DNA of 64,000 bases, taken from positions 16,107 through 80,106 of the IMG/VR virus record IMGVR_UViG_3300044846_001842; one strand, given 5' to 3'. Positions within the stretch are counted from its first letter, which is position 1. Every line of letters begins with the position of its first letter. This DNA comes from a virus. A program made the translations under genes and the position numbers. Of this stretch, positions 48,757-58,321 are shown one piece after another. The notes beneath the pieces were generated by a model. It was not told the DNA's origin. It made no database searches and saw only the letters and a list, made by a program, of their open reading frames with translations.

Positions 48757-49440
48757 CTATCTGTAACCTGCAGACATTTCTCTAGCTTCTCTAGCTATAG
48801 CTTCTTCTTCAGTTTCTTTTGAGACAGGAGCATTTGCAATAGCCACTTCATCATGAAGTCTATTCAAATGTTTCTCTGCTTTCTCATAAGAGTCATACTC
48901 TGACAAAGAAGCAATAAGATTTAAAGCTGTTTGAACTTTTACTGCATCAGAAACAGGCTCTCCAGGCAATTCTGTTTTTGCAGCTTTCTCTTTTACAGCA
49001 GTAGCAGTAGCAGCAATAGCAGGTGAAATAGCACTATTACAATACTTAGCTACTAAATCCTGTACTACAGGAGTTGATAACTGAGTCATGTTTTTACCAT
49101 CAATAACAAACTTAGATTTGTCACCAGGGTAATTAGCTAAGTGAGCTTTAATAATAGCAAAACATTCTTTTCTATCTAAAGCACCAGACTTAGTTTGCTT
49201 TGGTCTTAAAAACAATCTAAAAGCAGTTGCTGGCAATATTGCTAAATCATTTACAAGATCTGCCTTGTTAATGTTTTCTGCAGCTAATAAAGAAGATAAA
49301 TCAAAACCTTCTCTTCTTACTAGGGGCTGTAATTCTCCCCAAGTAGTTACAGCAGTTGTGATTTTCTTCATTTGACCACCTCTAGTGGCATAAATTGTAA
49401 TTTCTCTTTCTTGAGAAACTGGAGCTTGTACTTCACTCAT
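48757..49440 (-). CDS. Ubiquitin-like (beta-grasp) precursor protein with C-terminal extension
   Basis: ITIY..(b1)/KITT..(b2)/TWGELQPLV (helix)...DLAILP..FRLFLRPKQTKSG86, then about 140 aa helical extension; first gene of the E2-JAB-E1 run. Confidence 0.6.
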   Translation of the reverse strand: MSEVQAPVSQEREITIYATRGGQMKKITTAVTTWGELQPLVRREGFDLSSLLAAENINKADLVNDLAILPATAFRLFLRPKQTKSGALDRKECFAIIKAHLANYPGDKSKFVIDGKNMTQLSTPVVQDLVAKYCNSAISPAIAATATAVKEKAAKTELPGEPVSDAVKVQTALNLIASLSEYDSYEKAEKHLNRLHDEVAIANAPVSKETEEEAIAREAREMSAGYR

Positions 49441-49455
49441 GATTTTTAAATTTGA

Positions 49456-49995
49456 TTACCAATTAATTGTGTCCTTACCTAATCTTTTTAGGAGGATGTT
49501 TACATGTTCAGTATTGACAAACTTGCCTTTGAACACATAGTTGTAATCTACATTGATAGGAATTTGATGAATAGTGCTATCATCATATCTCAGCACATTA
49601 AATATAGATTTGACAGGTAGATTAGCTGCAAATTTTTGTGCTTCTGTGGTAGGTAATAGCCAAAGAGTAGAATTACTCCTGGCTATATAATACACTACCT
49701 TTTTAATGAAGGGTTCCCAATATTCTGTGTGGTCCACATCTACACCTGATGTTAAAGAAACAGGTAGCCAGAACAAGCCTTGCTTTTCTAGTTCTCTCAC
49801 ATTAGGATGTTTCCATGAGCCAATAACTACTATTCTAATAGCTGACACAGGCATAGAAAAAACCCTGAAAACTTTATCAGCTTCAGGGTAGTATTTCTCT
49901 CTTGGGAGCAATTCATTTTTAAAGTAAAGGAAAGCATCTGTATTGAATTCACTCAGAATAGGTTTCCAAGAATAATGAATATGTTTAAAATTCAT
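49456..49995 (-). CDS. Degenerate uracil-DNA glycosylase-like protein
   Basis: SWKPIL...YYPEADKVFRVF...IRIVVIG and H..YWEPF resemble UNG, but the catalytic GQDPY is replaced by GSWKH. Confidence 0.6.
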   Translation of the reverse strand: MNFKHIHYSWKPILSEFNTDAFLYFKNELLPREKYYPEADKVFRVFSMPVSAIRIVVIGSWKHPNVRELEKQGLFWLPVSLTSGVDVDHTEYWEPFIKKVVYYIARSNSTLWLLPTTEAQKFAANLPVKSIFNVLRYDDSTIHQIPINVDYNYVFKGKFVNTEHVNILLKRLGKDTINW

Positions 49996-51020
49996 CCAGT
50001 AAATGTTTTAAGAAATTGCTTAAAATAGGCTGTATCTTTAGCTATACAGTCAGAAGGATCTTTAATTCCAAAGTCTAAACCCCTTTCAGATAACCATAGG
50101 TTTTTTGCTTTACCTGGAAACATAGTATTGATGTGATTTTTGACTTTTTCAGAGGCTGTAATACCAGGTTGATCATTATCAAACCATACAATGACATTAA
50201 CAAAATGTTTAACCAACTGATTTAAGATTAAATCATTGGGTATCATGCCTTCATTTTGAAACCAAACTACATTTTTACCATGATTCTTCAGTACTCTATA
50301 ATCCTTATAACCTTTGGTAATTATAAGCTCACTACCATAACTCAGTAGAGAATTGATGCCACCTACATCATTCTGTGAGCAATTAGTAATAAACCTTCTT
50401 TTACCCTCTCTCATAGGGAAATAGATTTTCTTCTTTGAGTCAGGAAAATCAGTGTAACTGTATGCAATATCTCTGCATTCAATAGCATGACTTCCTGTCT
50501 TAGTATTCAAAGCATATAGTCTATGGATAGGAAATACTTTGTCCTCAATTAGATTCTTTTTGGATATACCATACTGTGACCAGAATTGCCCATCTTGGGC
50601 ACTAAATGGTCTTGCTTCTATTAGGAGTTTGACTTTCTTTTTGGCTTCTTTTTGAACCTCTTTCTTAGCTTCTATTGGCCTTAGTTCTTCTCTGCCTCTG
50701 ATTAGAGAGTTAAAGATAAATTCTAAGGTTAGATAAAAATTAGGAAATTTAAAGTAGTCTTGTACTATGTTAAAGCAATCACTGTGGGTTCTATTGTTAC
50801 CAAAATCCACAAAGTATAGTACTCCATTGTCATGTAAACTAAACCAGCAACCAGCAACATCATCATTCCTTAAAGGAGAAACAACATAGTCAAATTCAAC
50901 AGGTTTATATTTGAACACTAATTCAAAAATATCTTCTTGAGTAACCAATGACAAGATGCTTTCTTTACTTATAAATCCTCTTCTATCAAGTTTATCTGAA
51001 TTATACTGAAATAAGCTCAT
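49992..51020 (-). CDS. DNA primase (TOPRIM)
   Basis: SPLRND...FVDFG; IITKGYKD, WFDNDQPG, KDPSD. Confidence 0.8.
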   Translation of the reverse strand: MSLFQYNSDKLDRRGFISKESILSLVTQEDIFELVFKYKPVEFDYVVSPLRNDDVAGCWFSLHDNGVLYFVDFGNNRTHSDCFNIVQDYFKFPNFYLTLEFIFNSLIRGREELRPIEAKKEVQKEAKKKVKLLIEARPFSAQDGQFWSQYGISKKNLIEDKVFPIHRLYALNTKTGSHAIECRDIAYSYTDFPDSKKKIYFPMREGKRRFITNCSQNDVGGINSLLSYGSELIITKGYKDYRVLKNHGKNVVWFQNEGMIPNDLILNQLVKHFVNVIVWFDNDQPGITASEKVKNHINTMFPGKAKNLWLSERGLDFGIKDPSDCIAKDTAYFKQFLKTFTG

Positions 51021-51048
51021 ATAAGAAGAGGATTTAGTTTAGATTAGA

Positions 51049-51813
51049 TTAAGACCAAGCACCAGCTGGAGCTGCACCCATAGCTCCCATAGGAGATGCT
51101 GCAGCAGGACCACCCATTACTTGTTGAGTACCTTTGTTAGAAGACATGAAATTAGCATCTCTTTCAAAAGGATGCTTTTGGCCATTAGAATTAACATAAG
51201 TTAATTTGCCATCTTCTCTGTTTTCAACAAATACTCCAGGTTGAGCAGGTACAATAAAGTAACCACCCTTCATGTTTTTTGGTAAGGTTGGATAAGTCTT
51301 ATCTTGCAAAGACCCATCTTGTTTTTTACCAAAATTCCACTGGTATTCAAGGAACAAATCTAGTGGTTTTTTGTCATAACCAATAGGCAACAAAGAACAA
51401 ATTCTAGTTGCATAATCTGCAAAACTAACTGGAGCTGTTGCAAATGCTGCTCTTAGAGCCTCTTCTGTAACTCCTACTGCTTTCAAGTAATGAGTTACTG
51501 TAGCATTTTGTTGAACAATAAGAGTATTAAACCCTGCAATGTATTCAGCAGATGCTTTGTCAGCAATCTCTACATTATTTTTGTCAACTACTCTGTCTAC
51601 AGGATTAATCCACTCTTTGTAGCTTCTCTCTCCCACTGTGATTTCTAATTCAATAGCTTCTCTAGGAGCTTGCCCTTCTTTAGCGACATTGCTGTTGTAA
51701 GCAAATTTACTTAAGAAAGCAACACCAAAGTTACCACCAAATTTAGCACCACTTTTGGTTTTTAATGATTCATCTGAATCTGATACAAATCCGTACCCTT
51801 GTAATTGTGACAT
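51049..51813 (-). CDS. Putative single-stranded DNA-binding protein
   Basis: Located between Sak4-like ATPase and primase; flexible tail ending in aromatic residue. Confidence 0.4.
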   Translation of the reverse strand: MSQLQGYGFVSDSDESLKTKSGAKFGGNFGVAFLSKFAYNSNVAKEGQAPREAIELEITVGERSYKEWINPVDRVVDKNNVEIADKASAEYIAGFNTLIVQQNATVTHYLKAVGVTEEALRAAFATAPVSFADYATRICSLLPIGYDKKPLDLFLEYQWNFGKKQDGSLQDKTYPTLPKNMKGGYFIVPAQPGVFVENREDGKLTYVNSNGQKHPFERDANFMSSNKGTQQVMGGPAAASPMGAMGAAPAGAWS

Positions 51814-51841
51814 ATTAGTCTTTTTAGAAATTAAACAATTT

Positions 51842-52216
51842 TTAAACCCACTCTGCAGTTGCAGGGGCTATTTCTTCAGTGGCTTTTTCAATGGCTTCAT
51901 CATTACCTATTTCTTCTTGGTTCTTAAAAGCTTGTACACTTTCAGGTGCCTGAGATACAGCATCAGAAATTTGATCATTTACTTCAGCTATAGAACCGTC
52001 ACTTTCTTCATCATCTATAAGCTCAACACCTGTGTATTGTTTCTTAGCTTTAAGATTTTTCAATTTTGGACTACTCCAAACCATTCTCTGCATTTCTGCT
52101 TGAGTTTTGCCATAGTAATCAGCAATTTCTTTTCTGCTTTTTCCTTGGTCTAAAAGACTTTTTACTTCACTTACTGTGATTCTTAATGGAGCTTGTTGCT
52201 CAGCATTTTGTGACAT
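51842..52216 (-). CDS. HTH protein with acidic tail
   Basis: LLDQGKSRKEIADYYG helix-turn-helix. Confidence 0.55.
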   Translation of the reverse strand: MSQNAEQQAPLRITVSEVKSLLDQGKSRKEIADYYGKTQAEMQRMVWSSPKLKNLKAKKQYTGVELIDDEESDGSIAEVNDQISDAVSQAPESVQAFKNQEEIGNDEAIEKATEEIAPATAEWV

Positions 52217-52241
52217 AATTATATCAATTAAAAATTAAAGA

Positions 52242-52442
52242 TTAATATCCTTTTTGTTGGTTTTCCCAATCCTGTTTCAACTGTCTTTCTTCTTCAGTTT
52301 CACTAGAACATCTTGGGCAGAGATTCTCAGTAGGCTTATTGCTTTTCATTAAAGCAATAGCTACTATTCCTAATAGGCCACCAACAACAATGCCTATTAG
52401 AAAGACTACAGACACAGTTAAACTATCCATAGTACTCAGCAA
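52242..52442 (-). CDS. Small single-pass membrane protein with CxxC
   Basis: Hydrophobic N-terminus, CPRC. Confidence 0.45.
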   Translation of the reverse strand: MLSTMDSLTVSVVFLIGIVVGGLLGIVAIALMKSNKPTENLCPRCSSETEEERQLKQDWENQQKGY

Positions 52443-53133
52443 TTTTATTAACTACATAACCTAAGTCATTAGGAATAAACTGCTTATCAAACATTCCAAT
52501 AGGAGATTTAGCTGATGAATACATTTCATTCTCATTGGTTAAGAACTCTTTTACAGCTTTCTTGTCAGTAGCATCATATCTACTAATACCAATAAGAGTT
52601 ACATCTACTTTACCCTCTACAGTCAAATACTCATCTACCATTTTACCTGTAGATTTGTACTTCATATAGATTCTACCATCAGGGCCAGGAACACTGTCAC
52701 CATGAGCTAAGATGATTACATTTTTACCTGCAGCATCTAGTTTCTCTATAGCATCAAATATTCTACCCATCATAAAACCAATTTGTTTTGGGGCATCCCA
52801 ACCCTTAGCTAAAGCATTAGCCATGTACCAATTCTGCATTACATAGTTGCTATCATCCCACACAATATTCTTATGAGGACTAGCTACCAATGCTAAAAAG
52901 ATTTCAGCTATTGCTTTTGCATCATCAGTAATAACTCTTCTGCCTGATTTTATGTCTCCAGGTGCACATATTGGATATGCAGCACCACTTCCTTTGAATG
53001 GAAGAGGCTTAGAAGTTACTGAGATAAGGAAAGTCTCTTCAGGCTTTAATCCTATGATACCTAATTCAGGTATCTGTCCTATACTGGTGGACTTACCAAA
53101 GCCACTAGGGGCAAGCACTAAAATTTTAGCCAT
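52423..53133 (-). CDS. AAA_24 / Sak4-like P-loop ATPase
   Basis: APSGFGKST Walker A, IVWDD Walker B, ILAH, AKSP.GMF. Confidence 0.8.
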   Translation of the reverse strand: MAKILVLAPSGFGKSTSIGQIPELGIIGLKPEETFLISVTSKPLPFKGSGAAYPICAPGDIKSGRRVITDDAKAIAEIFLALVASPHKNIVWDDSNYVMQNWYMANALAKGWDAPKQIGFMMGRIFDAIEKLDAAGKNVIILAHGDSVPGPDGRIYMKYKSTGKMVDEYLTVEGKVDVTLIGISRYDATDKKAVKEFLTNENEMYSSAKSPIGMFDKQFIPNDLGYVVNKIAEYYG

Positions 53134-53139
53134 TTTGTT

Positions 53140-54707
53140 TTAAATAAGTAAAGGTTCAAATTTCTTAACATCACCATACATGTTGACTCTAAAGTGTTGA
53201 GGACAAACACAATGTCTAGATTCAACTAAATGGATAGTTCTCATAAAAGGGTATAAAAGTGACTTATCAGGTCTCCTTATTGTCTTACCAAAATGCTTAG
53301 TCAAGTTGAACTTGTCATCATTAGGGTTAAACATAGTAAAGATGTAATTGCTATCCTCACTTAAATTCAGTTTTGTTATCCTAAAGGCTTTTTATCCTCT
53401 AGTTCTTATGGTTCTTATTCCCATAAGCTCAGCATATCTTTTCATCTCCAACTAAATGGTAAGATGCTGCGGCCTCGTGGAGAAATTATATTTTTTTCAT
53501 TCTCTATGCGTTGCCCCTGACTATACTTAGCATAGCCTTCGGTTCTGATTAGGATTCACACCCTCCCAGCTTAATTCCGCAGTCATAATCTTAATTATTT
53601 CTAACTAAGACGGCAGTTGTATTTCTTAATCTTATATAAGAATATTAAAGATTAACAAATAATTTTTATTCCACCAGTTTCTTTGATGTCATCAGATTGT
53701 GGAAATAGTCTGTCATCATCAAATTGTCTTCTTCCAATGTCACTAAGTGCCCTATTAAGGTGGATAATGTGCACAAAAGTGAAATTACAAGTGTTCCTAA
53801 ATTCTACAGCATACTCTGAGAATTTATCTACAGTTTCTTTCATTTTGAAACCTCTCTCAGGAAGTAGCTTTCTCAAATGGTCAGTAATAATGATAACATA
53901 CTTCTTAGGATTATGGGGTTTATACCCAATCATTCTTGTAAAGGTCTGTCCATCTTTTACTGTTTGTTTGTAGAGAAACTCACCATTTTCTTTAGCATAC
54001 TCTAAGAGATAGTTTCTAACTCCAGTTGGGTTATCCTTGATTTCTAGAAACTTGATTAACCCTTTAGAAACTTTTTCTCCCCTCTCATTATACTCTCCAA
54101 AAAGAGGTATTATTCTAGTCTTGTAAACAGTCTTGATTTTCTCAATAATGTCTTGTGGGACCCTAATAATTTCTTTGGGAGCATCAGGAATTTCAGTATC
54201 ATATTCTAATTCTCCTTTGAGAAAAGCAGAAGATAGATATACAAAATTATTTCCTTTGTAGAGCTTTCCAGAGGGTAAAAATATTTGATAAATTGCAAAA
54301 TCTGTATTTAGAAAATGTGCAACAAAATCAAATTCTTTACTGACTCTATCAATCTCATAAGAGTTGTAGATAAACTCCAAATCTATTAACTGACCATTAA
54401 GTTTTTCATACTCTTGATTTAGAGTATCTCTAACACTAGGGTCAGTTGTAGCTTGTAGTTTAGTACTAAGTACTTCCATAGAAGTTCTAGTTTTGGCATT
54501 GTGGGTTAATACATAAAGGGCAGGTTCTATACAAAAACCTATATCCACCATTGTGGATTTGCCTCCTTTTGGAGCCGCGGCAACTGTATACACCCTTCCT
54601 CTCTGGATTCCATTAATTGCCTGTGAGATAGTTTTGAGACCTTCCCCCATAGGAAGACCTTTATTACTACCTTTTTGACCTGCTTCAAATGCTGCTCTAA
54701 AATTCAT
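53140..54707 (-). CDS. dnaB: DnaB-like replicative helicase, 420 aa, two exons (54707-53673 and 53367-53140)
   Basis: AAPKGGKST Walker A, IITDHL, IHLNR; splicing restores DIKETG|NLSEDSNYIF (cf. DLRESGSIEQDAD). Confidence 0.85.
53368..53672 (-). mobile_element. ORF-less group I intron (305 nt) in dnaB
   Basis: Exon ends in GGU, intron ends in G; P3 CTGCGG/CCGCAG, P7 GCATA/TATGC, AATCAGAACC Q-like element. Confidence 0.82.
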
Positions 54708-55249
54708 TATTGCATTCTTGAAGTTATGTCCTCAGTGTTGTTAGAAGAAGTATCAGAGATTGCTTCTCTGTATTTTTCTATCCAACCTAGTAATGCAGAA
54801 GTTCTGTCTCTACCCACTCCCTTACTAATAAAGTAATGTGAAGTAATAAGATAATCAGCACTGCTTAAGCTTTTGAAATACAGGTTAGTACCTTCAATAA
54901 CTTCTTCTTTTCTAACATCAGGATTGTCAGCAAAGAATGCTTTCATTCTTGTAATGACATCCTTATCCGGAGCTTTTCTTAGTTTATTTATTCTTTTAAA
55001 CTCAGCATTCCATTCTAATACCCATTGCCATTTATCTTGACTGTCTTGTTCAAATAAAGGAACATGCCATATAACTTCTCTGTTGGCATCAATGCCCAAG
55101 ATATTAGTTACATTCATTCTTTGTACTAAGAGTGGTGGTGTATAAGAGGGTCTGCAGTTAAAATAAATAGACAAAAGATAAGCCACACCATCAGCTACAG
55201 GAATGTTAAACTCCTGCAGTACTGTTGCTATTTGTGGATTTATTTTCAT
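54707..55249 (-). CDS. Hypothetical replication protein (possible helicase loader/initiator)
   Basis: Directly upstream of and coupled to dnaB. Confidence 0.45.
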   Translation of the reverse strand: MKINPQIATVLQEFNIPVADGVAYLLSIYFNCRPSYTPPLLVQRMNVTNILGIDANREVIWHVPLFEQDSQDKWQWVLEWNAEFKRINKLRKAPDKDVITRMKAFFADNPDVRKEEVIEGTNLYFKSLSSADYLITSHYFISKGVGRDRTSALLGWIEKYREAISDTSSNNTEDITSRMQ

Positions 55250-55461
55250 CTTTTTTTCTTTTTTAATGATTCAACAAAATCTAAGATCTTTCTAACTTCT
55301 GTAAGACTAAAAGCTGTATTATAATTATTAATAAACATTCTTCTATCTACAGTAACAATAGCACTTGTAGCACTAATCTCTTTCAGTGCTTTAACTTCTT
55401 CTGAGGTAATTTCTTTGAACTTACCTTTACCTAAATGTCTGTAATAAGCAACTAAACTCAT
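55246..55461 (-). CDS. Hypothetical protein
   Basis: Packed ORF. Confidence 0.45.
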   Translation of the reverse strand: MSLVAYYRHLGKGKFKEITSEEVKALKEISATSAIVTVDRRMFINNYNTAFSLTEVRKILDFVESLKKKKR

Positions 55462-55733
55462 AACACTTCAAAATAATGCCATATTAAAGCTCCTCCCATT
55501 TCTTGAACAGTACCAATGTATTCATACTTTTTAGTGTCATCAAAAGAGTGACCTGTACCTACTTTTAGAATTCTTCTAGATTCAAGAGTAGTGCCTTCAC
55601 TAGCATGTAATGCCCAAAAACAAATATATGGACCTTGTTTTTGAACAGTCAGGATTTTAGCTTCTTTAGGTAGCATTAAGTGAGTAATATCTCCACTAGT
55701 AGCTAGGTATTTATAAACTACTTGCATTTTCAA
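55458..55733 (-). CDS. Conserved phage hypothetical protein
   Basis: VYKY.L...LP..AKIL.VQ.Q...W...GTGH...YIGTVQ...WH.FE, a recurrent small phage family. Confidence 0.55.
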   Translation of the reverse strand: MKMQVVYKYLATSGDITHLMLPKEAKILTVQKQGPYICFWALHASEGTTLESRRILKVGTGHSFDDTKKYEYIGTVQEMGGALIWHYFEVL

Positions 55734-58081
55734 TTCTAGTTTTAAAGTTAGGAAATCTTATATAATTGATCTTAGATTGATTCAAGTTTTCTACAGCTTT
55801 TTCAAGCCATTTTTCATCTTGAGTGCCTTCAGATACAACAATCCAAATGTGAGCTTCATGCCCTGGTCTGTATCTAATGATCCTACCTCTAGGATGTTAT
55901 TACTCTTAGATTTTACTTGAGTAATCTTCTCATATTTCTATGAGGATTGGACTATATCTTTATTTGCATATTCCCAATAGAAACCGACTCTTTTACCATT
56001 TGTTTTAATGGCTTTAGCTATTGTAACTGCTCCTGTTTTCTTTTGGGCTTCTGTTACACTATCAAAGGTCTCTATTATATTTTTATTAATATCTAATTTA
56101 TTTACTGGTACACTACTGTGATGGAACTTGCCTGTTTTGCCTTTCATACAATTATTAGTTGTTTGTCTTTTAGATAGAGCTATTTTCTGAGCTTCAGTAA
56201 CATTCCAAGAAGGTTTAGTAGGATGCTTATCAAAAGAGTCTTCAAAATATCTCCAAATGAATTTTTTAAAAGTCACCCTTCCATACTTACCTTGACAACA
56301 ACAAGAAATTTTATTATTATTTTTTCTGTTTCCTGTAACTTTTTCAGCGGCATCACTAATAGAATCAAAAATTTGAATTAAATTTCCTTTTAAATCAAAT
56401 TGCTTAACTTTTTTAATTCTTTTTTCTAATTGTTCTTGAGACCACTTATGTCCAACACTTCCAATTCCTCCTTCACAAGTATTTACTAAGTTTTTTCCTT
56501 GCTGTCTAAAAAAACCAATCCAAAAAATCTCTTTTTGCAATATTTCTTCAAGGTTAGTAGACTCATCTATAAGTTTTATTATAGGTTTGTTTTCTAAAGA
56601 TTTTAGCCAAGAAATTCTGTGACATTGTTGTCCTTTTTTTGTTCTTGTTTGCCAGTGTGTTTTTAGTCTTTCTTTAAGACTTTTAGAGGTGTAACCAATG
56701 TATTTTAAATCTTCTTTATGATAAAGACCATAAATTTTATATTTCATATTCTTTGTATTTGATACAAAGATATGGTATTAGATATTAATATGCAAATACT
56801 TCCCGTTTCCACCTCAGTTATCAACTTGGGTGTACCATACTCAGTTCAACAAATTGTTGCTTTTCTGTAGTCTCTGCACCTTCCACAAAATATGGCTTGG
56901 CTCAGGATTGCCTTATCATTTCTGACTTAGGTTTCCCTGAATTAAAGAAGTTTATAGAGGACAGGTATGTTTATCCTCTGAACCAAATCTTTTTCTTTAG
57001 AGTTAAGTTGTCCAATAATACCTGAATCAACTCCGGGAAAGTTATGACCTTCATTTACTGCCTTTACACAAGATAATCTATTGATTCTTTCTGCTTTGAA
57101 AGCATCATAAGAATCATTACTAGACTTAGAATGGTAAAAAGTAGGACATACATCTTCAGCTTGCTCTATGTTACCACAAAAGATAATAGTTCTATCATCT
57201 TCAGGGATAACTTTGTTTAGCAAAAAGTGGATTACTTCTGTTTTACTAGGAATTTTGTAGATAAACTGCATTCTACCTAAGATAGCAAACTTAAGTTTAG
57301 CTTTACCTTGTGGAGTTTGATCAAACATAGCTCCTTGAACTCTTTTATTCCAATAAGTATAGCATGCTGCTTCAGTAGTCATAAAAGGTTTAGCTTTAGT
57401 ACCACCTGGAATGTTCTTGGTTGTAGCATCTAAAGGCACTGTAATAACAGTAATCTTATATGGTGCTACAAAACCTAATCTTACAGCTTGGTCTAAGGTA
57501 AGTTCATAAACAAGTTTAACCCCTAAGTCAGATAAGATTTGTCTTTTAACCATATCAGTAGGAGGAGTTGCAGTAAGTAACACAATGTTTTCTACTCCAT
57601 TGTTTATAAAGAACTCTGAAGATAACTCTGTGATATTATGGCCTTCATCAAGGATAGCCAATGGAAAATCATATCCTTTGACTTTAGATGCAGAAGCATA
57701 ACAAAGTCTTTCAGTATGTTTCCACACATTCTGAGCTTCCCATTTAGTAAACTCTTCTGCCCAATTCTCATCTCTTAGCTTTTCAGTAGGTACTAAAAGA
57801 GCTGCATGATGGTCATTTTTAGGATCAAAGTAAAATTTAGCTAATTCAACTGCTACTCTAGACTTACCGGAACCTGTAGCCATAGCTATCATGCCACCAT
57901 TATTTCTAATAACAGCTTGTTTGGCTTCATCCTGGACTCTTTCTCTAACTTTATTTACAAATTCAGTACTTAGTTCCGGATCTGTAATTTTGTCTCTTAA
58001 AGCTTCTATTTTGTCAATATAGGTTAGAATTGATTTTGGGTTTTGAAAGAGTTCCTCCAACTCTCTAAAATACTTTCTCAT
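55711..58081 (-). CDS. SF2 (UvsW/ResIII-like) helicase, 428 aa, two exons (58081-56973 and 55888-55711)
   Basis: ATGSGKS, LDEGH, LTATP, NEGHN; splicing restores motif VI VQRI|GRIIR. Confidence 0.88.
55938..56747 (-). CDS. GIY-YIG homing endonuclease with NUMOD1-like repeats (intron-encoded)
   Basis: KIYGL...KYIG...RL..H...E...N; two VxxxDxxxNxIxxFDSxxxA repeats. Confidence 0.9.
   Translation of the reverse strand: MKYKIYGLYHKEDLKYIGYTSKSLKERLKTHWQTRTKKGQQCHRISWLKSLENKPIIKLIDESTNLEEILQKEIFWIGFFRQQGKNLVNTCEGGIGSVGHKWSQEQLEKRIKKVKQFDLKGNLIQIFDSISDAAEKVTGNRKNNNKISCCCQGKYGRVTFKKFIWRYFEDSFDKHPTKPSWNVTEAQKIALSKRQTTNNCMKGKTGKFHHSSVPVNKLDINKNIIETFDSVTEAQKKTGAVTIAKAIKTNGKRVGFYWEYANKDIVQSS
56765..56796 (-). 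promoter_or_regulatory. Intron-internal Bacteroidota promoter for the GIY-YIG gene
   Basis: TTTG (56796-93), 20 nt, TATCTTTG (56772-65). Confidence 0.65.
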
Positions 58082-58320
58082 GATAAATACGGTGTGTTAT
58101 ATCCTATTGCAAGGATAATTGATTTAAGTTCTTGTTTTACTCCTTTCTCTCTGAAGTCTTTTGCTAGTCTAATGAATAAAGGATGATTACTATCTTTTAT
58201 AATAACAATAGGATAAGCTTCCATTTCAAGGCAATCTTCTAATATTTCTTTATCACTGATTTCTTCAAATACTGCAACAGGAATGTGTAAAAAGAATTGA
58301 AAGAAATCTGTGTAATTCAT
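58078..58320 (-). CDS. Hypothetical protein
   Basis: Packed ORF. Confidence 0.45.
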   Translation of the reverse strand: MNYTDFFQFFLHIPVAVFEEISDKEILEDCLEMEAYPIVIIKDSNHPLFIRLAKDFREKGVKQELKSIILAIGYNTPYLS

Positions 58321-58321
58321 A

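Larger units (their letters stand above)
55889..56972 (-). mobile_element. Group I intron (1084 nt) in SF2 helicase, carrying a GIY-YIG gene
   Basis: IGS GTCCTCT pairs exon1 AGAGGAU (G-U), TACCT pairs exon2 AGGTA (P10); TCAGGGAA, AATCCTGAGC, GCAGAGACTA, AAGATATAGTCC; terminal G. Confidence 0.92.

Noticed and set aside
53140-53334. 64-aa ORF as an independent gene
   Set aside because: It is within dnaB exon 2
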